Source of the DNA: the human T2T-CHM13v2.0 reference genome, Homo sapiens
Length of the DNA stretch: 64,000 nucleotides
Direction: 5' to 3' (one strand)
NCBI RefSeq assembly: GCF_009914755.1
Contig: NC_060935.1
Part shown: positions 45,158 through 64,000 of the stretch, in pieces
Layout of the letters: every line of letters begins with the position of its first letter
How positions within the stretch are numbered: the first letter of the stretch is position 1
Made by a program: the position numbers and the translations under genes
The notes under the pieces: model-generated
Told to the model about the DNA's origin: nothing
The model's database searches: none
The model's input: the letters and a program-made list of their open reading frames with translations, nothing else

Positions 45158-45321
45158 TCACTCTGTCACAGACAAGACAAGAAAAATTAAAAATATTATG
45201 TTGCTGTTTCAGGAAAGTCATATTTTTCTGTGCACGATAATATTTGTAGTATTTGTCAGCTTTTAAAAATTATAATTTGATTTATTTTGTTATTCTACAT
45301 ACACTTTTTTTTTTTTTGTAA

Positions 45322-45660
<339 letters not shown>

Positions 45661-45840
45661 TAAAATACAACAGCTGATAGCCACCTCTCTGCTGGATAGG
45701 CCTGCAGTCCCACAAACCCCAGATCTTCCCCTGGAACAGACATCAGATGGGGGACCCTGTGCAGTCAGAGGTTTTTCCTGGGCCCTCATTTCTGTTTGCT
45801 GGGAAAGCCTGGCCAACGTGGTGAAAACCCATCTCTACTA

Positions 45841-46014
<174 letters not shown>

Positions 46015-46360
46015 CTAATTCAAATGGAATAAACAGATTTTATTGGCTCGGTAATAAAAGCTCAGAGGTGGGAGTGCTGTGATTAGACTCAGTTCATTGT
46101 TGTTCTCACATGGGTGTTGGCTTTAACCTCAGGCTGGCTTCCCTCCTAACAGCAAGGTGGCTGAGTCAGCTCCAGCCTCACACCTGCCTGTTCAGAAAGA
46201 GAATGTGTCTTCTCCCAACCACGCAGAAATACTTTTCAGTTTGGACCAACCTCAGTCACATGCTCAGCCCTAAAAGAACCACTGTAATGAGGACATGCTA
46301 TCAAGGCAAGAAGGAGGGGTTAAGCCTGAGTCAAGCAGGAGCCACCAGTGGAACTGGTAG

Positions 46361-47265
<905 letters not shown>

Positions 47266-48170
47266 GAAGGGAGGGGTGGTGGTGGATGCCAATCCCACCC
47301 CAATCACCTGCCTGTCATTATCACGGAGGTGGTGAAATGGATCCTGGGTCAGCAGCTGTGGAAATGGAGACAGCTATGCTCCTAAAAGGGCTTTGTGGAC
47401 AATAGTGAGGCTCTGCTCAGTAGCCAGACATCTCAGCAGATTCAGAGATTGTCAGTATTGACCAAGGATCAGATCCCTACTCACCCTGTCCCTGGCACCT
47501 TGGTACTATTTACCCTGTGGAACTTACATACAACTATGTAGAAAGAGGGGCACCCAGCGATTACTCAGATTGAGTTTCCACTACCCTCAGCATAATGAGA
47601 ACTTGGAGAAGAAATTAAAATATAGAAAATAAAGTTGCATTTCTTACACATCAGTTTGTGGACTTTGACTCATACCTGCTATATCAATTAGGGCTCTGAC
47701 CTACAGAGAGAACTTCCACAAATCCAAGTTCCCGTGCTCGAAGGAAACAGTCCTTCCTCACATGTGTCTTCAGAAATTCTTCTTGTCCTTCATGGGTTAG
47801 CTTAAGTGACACTTTTTCTGTGAAGTCTTTCCCAACCAGCCACCCAGAAGTCCTCCTCTCCCTTTGTGCTTGCTCTTATCCCTCCTGTTGCAGGGTCCCG
47901 GTGGAAGGCCCAAGGCTCTGCCCCAATGTGTGCCTCCAGTCTTGAAAGGCATTGTGTTAGGAGAAATATGATATTTGAGAGCTTTCTGGACATATCTCCA
48001 ACCATCTTTTTTTTTTTTTTTTTAATTAAAGGCTTTAAAAAAGTGAGTTAATGATTCTGAAAATGTCTTGTAGTTCATACTGCAGTCTAAGAACCAAAAA
48101 GAGAAAGTGCTTTCTTTGTGTATCAGTTGAGGGATTCTGTGGGGGAAGGTGGAATGTCACAGCATCTTGA

Positions 48171-48514
<344 letters not shown>

Positions 48515-49139
48515 TGAACTGAGCTCTGTGAGATACATTGAATTTAAGTCCTAGACAAAAGACACGGTCCACTCCTAAGGACCCATCCATGAACGTTTGC
48601 TATCACCATCAGAAGAAAAAATCAAGGCTAAATTTTGAGCAGGACTGCAGATGTGAGTAAAAAATTTGTTCAGTTATATGGGTTTTGTGAATCTGGAAAC
48701 GATCATAGATTTAGCAAAATTCCAAGCTGTGAAGTGCTATTTTCTATGGATTAGGTAAAATTGGATTTGTGTGTGTGTGTGTGTGTGTGTGCAACAAAAT
48801 CAAAAGTGTAAAATTTGGAAAACAAACATGCAAAACAAAGCAGGCTTTTATGTCCTGACATTTTCTTTCAGTTATAAAGCCCATGTGTTGAAAGATAGGG
48901 CAAAAGCAACATACGGCTACGAGCCAGAAAGACAGGAGGCAATGATGCTTTTATTCCTTTAGGGTGGGAAATGAGTTTACACAGTGCAGGAAGAGAAATG
49001 ACATAAAACAGGGTGGGATTAGTTCTTGTAGGGAGGAAAGGCCTCTTTTCTCTTCTGCACGTGATGTGTAGTGTGTGAGGTCTGGTGGGGGTGAGTGGTG
49101 GGTGTATGGAGAAGTGTAGGAAGGGAAATAATACTTCTT

Positions 49140-49451
<312 letters not shown>

Positions 49452-50081
49452 GGGAAATAATACTTCTTAGCTATGGTGTTCCAGTACCAGATACCACTGG
49501 GAGCTTTATCTCATTTAATCCGTACAACCATCTTATGAGGTAGGTATTTCTTATCATTCCCATTTACATGTAAGAAAACCAAGCCTCAGAGAGATTGTGT
49601 CCAAAGTACACTTTGTACTTGGTTTTGGGACAAGCCTTGGGTTATGGAACAAGATATAAAACAAGGTTGTGTGTCTGCAAAACCCATTCTCCTCATTTCA
49701 TCATTTCACACTGCATCTTTAAATGTCCACATCATATTATAAGAAGTCAACATATAAAGAAGCGAGACCAAAGAAGCTGAGAAAATGAATGGGGTTGGGT
49801 GCAGTGGCTCACACCTATAATCCCAGCACTTTGGGAGGCCGAGGTGGGAGGATTACTTGAGCCCAGGAGTTTAAAACCAGCCTGGGCAACATAGTGGAAC
49901 ATTGTCTCTACAAAAAATAAAAAAGTCAGCAGGGCATTACCTTGCACACCTGTAGTCCCAGCTACTCGAGAGACTGAGGTGGGAGAATCCCTTAAGTCCA
50001 CAGGTTTGAGGCTACAGTGAACCATGATCATGCCACCGCAGTCCAGTCTGAGTGACAAGAGTGAGACCCTGTCTCAAAAAT

Positions 50082-50134
50082 AGAAAAGAAAAGAAAGAAA
50101 GAGAGAGAGAGAGAGAGAAAGAAAGAGTGAGAAA

Positions 50135-50182
<48 letters not shown>

Positions 50183-50195
50183 AAAAGAAAGAAAA
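50082..50195 (+). repeat. (GA)n/(GAAA)n purine-rich microsatellite from an Alu tail
   Basis: Read directly. Confidence 0.95.
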
Positions 50196-50885
50196 GGGCA
50201 TGACTCAATCCTTTAGTTTCCTTCTTTAAAAATTTTTTTAATGTAATTTTTTTTATTTTAGAGACAGGGTCTTGCTATGTCACCCAGGGTACAGCACAGT
50301 GGCACAAGCATGGCTCACTGCAGTTCGACCTCCTGGGCTCAAGTGATCCTCCCACCCCAGCCTCCTGAGTAGCTGGGACTATATGACGTGTGCCACCATA
50401 TTCAGCTTCAGATTTAATTTTCTAAGACCCAAATTGGCAAAGACTGATGTCAGATTCTAGCCAATAAAAAAAAAGTGATCAAACTAAGTAATTAAGAGGG
50501 AAAGGACATAAAACAGTCTGTTTATCTGATGCTTGTTCTGTATTTTTTTTTACAGAAGTACTCTCCCTGTCTATTAGGATCTTAAGATTGGCTCTAACCC
50601 CCATCTGAGTAAAGTTCAGTGTTGTTCTCAAAGTTTCTTCAGATTCTCGAGACTCTGGGAAAACTTTGGTTCTATGGCTTGCTGCCTCCAACAAGGATCA
50701 TCTTGATATTCAAAGCATGCTCCTCTTTAATTCACACTAATTCAGACTTGAAATTCATCTATTCTCCCTAATTTCCACAAAAAATCAGCCACACATAGTG
50801 TTACATATTTAGCAGACTTTATTAAAGGTTTATGGAGATGGGGGTCATCACATTAGAGTAATGCAAATAGTTCTAAATTGTGTAC

Positions 50886-51409
<524 letters not shown>

Positions 51410-51491
51410 GTACTTGGAAGTAAGTGTAGTGGATGGTTCCATGCCAGCTCATACTAATAATATTGCCTCAAATGTGCAGTGAGTTTGTTCA

Positions 51492-51506
51492 TTTTCTTTC
51501 TTTCCT

Positions 51507-51553
<47 letters not shown>

Positions 51554-51701
51554 CTTTCTTTCTTTCTTTTTTCTTTCTTTCTTTTCTTTCTTTCCTCTTT
51601 CTTTCTTTTTTCTTTCTTTCCTTCCTTTCTTTCTTTCTCTCTTTCTCTTCCTTCCTTTCTCTTTCTTTCTTTTCTTTCTTTCCTTTCTTTCTTTCTTTCT
51701 C

Positions 51702-51744
<43 letters not shown>

Positions 51745-51792
51745 CTCTTTCTCTCTCTCTCTCTTTCTTTCTTTCTTCTTCTTTTTTTTTTT
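51492..51792 (+). repeat. ~300-bp (CTTT)n-type polypyrimidine tract
   Basis: Only C and T on the plus strand; expanded tail of the antisense Alu at 51780-52080. Confidence 0.95.
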
Positions 51793-51797
51793 ATTGA

Positions 51798-52100
<303 letters not shown>

Positions 52101-52914
52101 TGAAGGTAAATCTGCCTGGGTGAGCACAGCTTGGAAGTGTGGGGGTTAACACACCCACAGGCAACCTTTAATGACTGGGTGTCAGGAACTAGTAGGTAAA
52201 TACCATGCCGTATCTCTCTTCCTGAATTTAGGTGGGCCATTGGGAAGCATTCTGCAGGCTCCTCAGGAGGGGCTGGACAAATCAGGTGCACAGGGACAAC
52301 CTTGATGCCCCACCTTCTACTGATGTTTGCACCGTCGCTCTCTTACTCTCCACCTTTTCTCACTCCTGCTCGCTGGGATCGCCTCTCAAATAAATTACGT
52401 ACACACCTGCACACAAGTCCTTGTTTCAGGCTCTGGTTTTTTAAATTTTTTTTTTATTTTTAATATTTAAGTTAGGACTTTCTTTGTGGCCTCCCTCTCA
52501 GAGCACCCCCTTCTTGCTTAGGCAGAACCGTTCAGCTCTTTCCGTCCTTGACACCCAGTCTGAGCTCAGCTTTCCCCTTTGCCTGTCCAAAATTGCCTCC
52601 ATTTGCCTGTTCATATTTCAACTGAAGCTTTGCAGGGATGGTTGTAAAGGTATACTAGATTCTGTCTGGGGGAAGGGATAGAGAGTGTTTTTATTTTTCA
52701 ACCTACATTCCTATGGAAAGAAAAATTATAAAGTTATATGCCAAAATGTCAAAAATGCTTATCTGAAGATGGAAGGGTGGATGGTTTACATTTTCTTCTT
52801 TCTGTTTCTTTGTATTTCCTAAAATTTCTTAACAGATATGTTTTATTTTTATGGAAAGAAAAAACAATAAAAGCTAATATAAATATTTAATTGGCTTTTT
52901 TGTCTCTTTTAAAA

Positions 52915-57165
<4,251 letters not shown>

Positions 57166-57584
57166 TCAAACTGAATTTTAAAAATATACTGACTTTGGAG
57201 GAAATTCAGAAATTTGTCAAGTGAAGTGGCCTCCTTATAAAAATATTGATGGTTTAACGATATTCTTAAAAATTAGAAAGTTCAAATATCAATATCTTTT
57301 GTCATTAGGACTAATAACCCAAAAGATTTAAAAATAATTATATTAAGTATAATTAATATGCCAATTAACAATGTAGAATGTTTTCAAACTATGAATTTTT
57401 TAAACATTATTTTATTTTATTTTATTTTATTCACTTAAATAAGGGAAAGTCTGTTTGTTTGCTTTTGTGAAAGTTCATTCATTTCTTAATGATGTTTTTC
57501 AAGACTAGTATTTATTTTATTTCACCATTACAATTATAGACTAATAATCTCATAATCTTTCTAAACATAAAAATTCAGACAGTT

Positions 57585-57927
57585 CACATTATGAATTTTT
57601 TATTTGTTTATTTATTTATTTTATTTTTTGAGATGGAGTTTTGCTGTTGTTGCCCAGGCTAGAGCGCAATGGTGCAATCTCGGCTCACCACAACCTCCAC
57701 CTCCGGAGTGCAAGTGATTCTCCTGCCTCAGCCTCTTGAGTAGCCGGGATTGAGGGCATGGGTCACTACACTCAGCTAATTTTTTGTATTTTTAGTAGAG
57801 ATGAGGTTTCACCATGTTGGTCAGGCTGGTCTTGAACACCTGACCTCTGGTGATCTGCCCGCCTCAGCCTCCCAAAGGGCTGGGATTACAGGCGTGAGCC
57901 ACTGCGCCCGGCATGAAATTTTAATAG
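57585..57927 (-). terminator. IL18: IL18 3' UTR, mostly a sense Alu, with AATAAA hexamers in the Alu tail
   Basis: Alu begins 15 nt after the stop; AATAAA(-) copies at ~57599-57625; more distal AATAAA at 57511-57521. Confidence 0.75.
57597..57912 (-). mobile_element. AluS in the IL18 3' UTR (sense to the mRNA)
   Basis: Full-length Alu; TSD-like ATGAA(A/T)TTTT at 57591 and 57913. Confidence 0.93.
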
Positions 57928-58149
57928 CTAGTCTTCGTTTTGAACAGTGAACATTATAGATCTATCCCCCAATTCATCCTCTTTTTTCAAAATGAGTTTA
58001 AAAAGGTCTCTCTCTTTTTCACAAGCTAGAAAGTATCCTTCGTATGATGAAGATTCAAATTGCATCTTATTATCATGTCCTGGGACACTTCTCTGAAAGA
58101 ATATGATGTCACTTTTTGTATCCTTGATGTTATCAGGAGGATTCATTTC
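57928..58149 (-). CDS. IL18: IL18 last coding exon (interleukin-18 C-terminus)
   Basis: Acceptor tctctatag|; [73 protein letters not shown] then TAG. Confidence 0.98.
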
Positions 58150-59884
58150 CTATAGAGAAAAAAACATTACCTAATTATTTCAGGACATGAACAATTTGAA
58201 TATATGAAGTTTGTTTTGAAGTATATTACCAAACAGAACAAAAGTAGTTTTGCTTCTCAAGAGTTACATAAAAAAAATCTCTGAACAGCAGTACTGACCT
58301 CCTCTCCTTCTTAACTCCGAATCTCCTATTCTCCCTGTCATGGGATGCATATTCAGTTCCAGGCCTCTATTTTTCCCCTATACATCAAACAGCTTACTTC
58401 TCTCCTCTCCCATTGAGTGGTGTCCACATTTGCTCAAGATTAAGTAGAGTTCCAGCAAAGACCACAAGCTTTTTGGGCTAATGTCAATTTCTGTCCTCTA
58501 TAATAACCATTCACGGCTAAAGACGATGATGACCTCCTCCCACAAACTTAGGCTAGTTCTAGTTTCTTTTTCTTTTTGCTTTGAGACAGGGTCTTGCTCT
58601 GTTGCCCAGCCAGAAGTGCAGTGGTGAAATCATAGCTCACTGCAGCCTTGAATTCCTGGGCTCAAGCAATCCCCCTGCCTCAGCCTCCTGAGTAGCTGGG
58701 ACTGTAAGTATACACCACCACATTTGGCTAATTTTTAAAATTTATTTTTGTAGAGAAGGGGTCAGGGGGTATCTCACTTTGTTGCCTAGGCTGGTCCTGA
58801 ACTCCTGGCCTCAAGTGACCCTCCCACTTCGGCCTCCCAAAGTGCTGGGATTCCAGGTGTAAGCCACCATGCCTGGCCTGGCCAGTTCTCATTTCTGAGC
58901 CAACTGTGAGAGAGACAGAAAGTGCCAGGAATCTTAGCTTACTCTTTCAGTGGAGCCTGAAATTAAAACTTACAGTGAATAGACCCAATAATTGTTGTAG
59001 GGCTAGGCCCTGGGTTCCTGTGTAAGCCTGCTGTATTGGCTCAGTTGGCAGTCCTTGACTCTGTCTTCCTGCCAAGCACTCCAGTTCCATAGTAGTCTTG
59101 AATTTCTGTCCTGAATATGGTCTCCTTGGCTGGGCCCTGCCTTAGAAGGCCAAATGCAGATTCTTGTATGTTTCAGTCACAGAATAGGGTCTTGTGAGAA
59201 ATGGTTAGATTACTTGAAACTATAATCTTGCAGGTTATCCAACTGGTAGTGCTGCCTGCACTTTTCCTGTTAGTGCAGCATGTCTATTTTGCAGGATGGA
59301 TCAGAACATGTGGGCACCACCTAAGGTTCTTCCATGTTAATCCTGGAACCAGTAGATGTTTTGGACTTAATTTTGGCCTCATGGCAGCACAGATTCCCAT
59401 GATCCTAAGCACTGATAGAGAAACCTCCAAAATTAAAATAGCATTTCTTCATCCTTCAAAGATGCCTGAAAGACTCTGGATGGCAGAGGTCACGGGGTTA
59501 CCTCCAACTTCTCAATCAGTTGTGGAATCAGTAGTCATAACTCTTGACCTTTGTTCTTTATCAACAAGTGTGGGTCCTAAGTTGATGAAAGTATAAACTA
59601 GTTCCCCTATTGGCACCCACTTCTGCAGCTGTCTACAATATACAATTTAGGAAGAGACCCTAAGCTGTGGGCATCAATTTGGAACTAATCTGAAATCTAA
59701 TGTATAAATGAGAAATAATCCATAGCCAAAACTTCAAAAGCTCTAGTAACATTACAGGGGAAGATGAACCAGTATAGAAAGTTACAGTTGAGCCGGGTGC
59801 GATGGCTCACGCCTGTAATCCCAGCACTTTGGGAGGCTGAGGCGGGCGGATCACAAGTTCAGGAGATCGAGACCATCCTGGCTA

Positions 59885-60155
<271 letters not shown>

Positions 60156-60632
60156 TTAATCACACTTATTGCACATTTCAGAATAGAGGTAAGGACATCC
60201 TTGGGCAGTAGCTTTCCTAGTTTTGATGTTGACCACTCCCAGCCATCATAGGGAAGGTACATAGCAAATGGATGTGAAAGCAATCCCAATGACCTTGGAG
60301 AACCCCCAACTTGGAAAGCCCTACCTGGTGAAACTTGAGTGCTCCAAGGGGAAAGGGATTTCTTTCTTTTTTTTTTTTTTTTTTTACATCAGAAGGGGTT
60401 GAATCTGAATCCAGGGAAAGTTGATATTGACCTAACATCTCCCAAGTGCACTGGAAAGTCTGAGGGAACCCTGGCCAAGGCTGGATATAGATACATATAT
60501 ACATGTATATGTATATATATGAAACAGACACTGACAGTAACCTCTCAAAGCAAATCCCTCTTAGTGTTGTCAAGGTTCTTGACCAAAGAACTTTATAGGA
60601 CTTTATAGCTAGTAATCAACAGTGAAAGGTGA

Positions 60633-60992
<360 letters not shown>

Positions 60993-61216
60993 TAACCACT
61001 GCTAAGATCCTTATTAGTGGCAGGAAAAGGGATTAAAGACAAGGGCTAAAACTGGTCCTAGTCCACCCCTCACTCTCTCCCCCCCTCCAACTAATATTTA
61101 TTGAGTTCCTTCCAGAAGCAGATTTGCTATGATGCTGATGAAGCTTAAATGTCAGATTCCCTCATTTGCACAGATCTCTTCCAGCCACCCCCCGCCCTTT
61201 TTAAAATTTGAATTAA

Positions 61217-61628
<412 letters not shown>

Positions 61629-62922
61629 TAAGTGCCAAGCATTATTTCCATCTTCTTAACATTTTCACCAGTCTCCCTCAACAAGAATCCACCTGTAGGT
61701 TCGGACTTATCCCAGTTTCTGAATCTGCCTCTGCAGCTGAGTTTTCCTCTATCCCACATAGCTTGAGCTTGGCCATCTCCTTCCCTTCTAATTATGTTGT
61801 TCAGTAACAGCATGCTTAACCCTTTCCACCCTACCCTTCCATCCCAGGCCTCTTATGCTATTTTGATAACTAAGCTGCCTGTCAGGTCTAGAATGGGGAC
61901 TCCAAATTGTCACCTGAAGGGGTGGCACTCTGGTTGGAGGGAGATAGCTGAGGGATTTGTCTGGGGGCTGTATCTGTTGCATATGCACTGTTCTTACTTG
62001 GATTATATTTTAGAGTGGCTTTTTTCTCCCTACCAAGTTGCCCCTTGGTACCTTCACTAAGGTCATATCCTAACTGTCTTTCAGTGGGGACTGGGTGGGC
62101 ATGAAAGCGGTTATTTATTGGCAAATCTCCACTCAAAAAGAGTCTTCATGACATGGAATTCTCCTCTGAAGCATTGCCAATTTGTAAGCATCCCTGGCTA
62201 CTCTTACTGGCTCAGTCTGTAGCTATAGTTAATTGTGGTTTATCTAACAATAATGGAGGAAATAGAGAAAAATAATAGAGAATAATAATGGAGAATAATA
62301 GAGAAAAAGTAGAGGCCAGAAATACTTTATACCTGGCTTGAAGATAATTATAGCATTACTTTTACAGCTGATCTCATAACTTTTATTCAATTAGATTAAC
62401 ATTAAAAATAACATACATCAACTGGAAGCTGAAGCTTGTGTCTAAGACTTAGGCTAAGGATCAGCAACAAAACAACTAGGGATTAAAATATTATCATAAT
62501 TTACAAAGGTGTAGAAATATAGAAGGATAATTAGCTTCATTCTTCATAGCAGAACTCATTCTGGAAAGTCACATGTTATTCTTAAATGTATAACTCACAT
62601 ATGTATTCTACATTATTATTTGTATAAAGACTGATTGTTCAGGAGATGCAGGTCATAAAACAAGTGTTGTATCTCCTCTTCCCTGTGACAGGCTCAGAAA
62701 AACCATCATTATCACAATAGGTAAAGAGTTTGATAATTTTTAGTAAGTATTCATTTTAATGGTTCTCTGCTTCTTGTTATTTCTGTTCTAGACAAAAGGT
62801 TGGTCTGAGGATATTTGAGTTTTCTAATTACATTACTTATATTAACATTAGAAATAATGTTATATTTCTAATTATATTAATTATATTAACATGATTGAAA
62901 ACAAAGTAAGGCTCAGTCTTAC

Positions 62923-63056
62923 CTTAAAGGAAATAATTTTGTTCTCACAGGAGAGAGTTGAAATTTTCTCACACTTCACAGAGATAGTTACAGCCATACC
63001 TCTAGGCTGGCTATCTTTATACATACTTATAATAAATATGGTCCGGGGTGCATTAT
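62923..63056 (-). CDS. IL18: IL18 penultimate coding exon
   Basis: Acceptor atttcag|; (D)[44 protein letters not shown]; donor AAG|GTAAGA; 134 nt, phase 0 into the last exon. Confidence 0.98.
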
Positions 63057-63259
63057 CTGAAATAAATATAATAAATGAGAACTCTAGTTAGAAGAATTCT
63101 TGCACAGGAACATTTGCGGAAATTTAACCAAAGGATAGTCCTTAATACACCTGTTCCCACTTTGAGACTTGGCCAGTCTGCAGGAGACTATGTACAGCTG
63201 GTCAGACATTTTTAAAAACACAGTTCAGGCCTGGCACAGTGGCTCATGCCTGTAATCCC

Positions 63260-63736
63260 AGCATTTAAAAGTTAAAAACAACCTTTTATAATCTATATCA
63301 TTAAAATACTCATAAAAGTTGCAGCATGTGTGTTGTAACACATATTAAACTGTGGGGTTGTTTGTTTGTTTGGGAGGCTGAGGCAGGCAGATCACTTGAG
63401 GTTAGGGGTTTGAGACCAGCCTGGCCAACATGGTGAAACCCCAGCTCTACTAAAAATACAAAAATTAGCCGGGTGTAAGTGGTGCATGCCTGTAATCCCA
63501 CCTACTCGGGAGACTGAGGCATGAGAATCGCTTGAACGTGGGAGGTGGAGGTTGTAGTGAGCCGAGATCACACCACTGCACTGCACTGCACTTCAGCCTG
63601 GGTGACAGAGTGAAACTGCATCTCAAACAAACAAACAACCCCACAGTTTAATGTGTATTACAACACACACGCTGCAACTTTTTTGAGTATTTTAAAGATA
63701 TGAATTCTAAAAGATTGTTTTTAACTTTTAAATGCT
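63260..63736. repeat. 113-bp inverted repeat (arms 63260-63372 and 63624-63736)
   Basis: Manual ungapped alignment: 9 mismatches in 113 bp. Confidence 0.93.
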
Positions 63737-64000
63737 AAATAAAATATTTAAAATATATGTTAAGGTAAGTATTCAGTATTTTTAAAGAATGCACATTCAC
63801 TGCTTCAACTCAGCCTAACTTTGATATTTGGAATTCATATTTTGGAAGGCACAGTAGACTTGATCATTTTCTTTTCTTAAGTTTTTTTTTTTTTTTTTTT
63901 TTTTTAATTTTAGAGACAAGGTCTGTATATCACCCAGGCTGGAGTGCAGTGGCTATTCACAGGTACGATCACAGTGTACTACAGCCTCAAAGTCCTGGCC

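Overview
Human (primate) genomic DNA, recognisable from its protein sequences as the 11q23 TIMM8B-SDHD-IL18 locus. The left end holds a CpG-island bidirectional promoter shared by TIMM8B (coding exon 1, minus strand; the rest lies outside the window) and SDHD (all four coding exons, plus strand, 159 aa, with a GC-AG third intron). The right end holds the last two coding exons and 3' UTR of IL18 (minus strand). The ~47 kb between them is repeat-dense: roughly 65-70 Alus by eye, L1/L2 fragments, THE1, MER34-like and MER41-like solo LTRs, and a ~2.1 kb decayed hAT (Charlie3-like) transposase. Nearly all ORFs in the supplied track are Alu, L1 or microsatellite artefacts. I found no new protein-coding system. 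The most interesting observations are structural: (i) a junction at ~27.6-27.8 kb built from short copies of nearby sequence; (ii) a 113-bp inverted duplication inside an Alu in an IL18 intron; (iii) two near-identical inverted AluYb8 elements 1.5 kb apart; (iv) a candidate Alu-derived SDHD exon giving a 143-aa variant; (v) an IL18 3' UTR that is almost entirely one Alu carrying its own poly(A) signals. Repeat subfamily names and boundaries were read by eye and are approximate.
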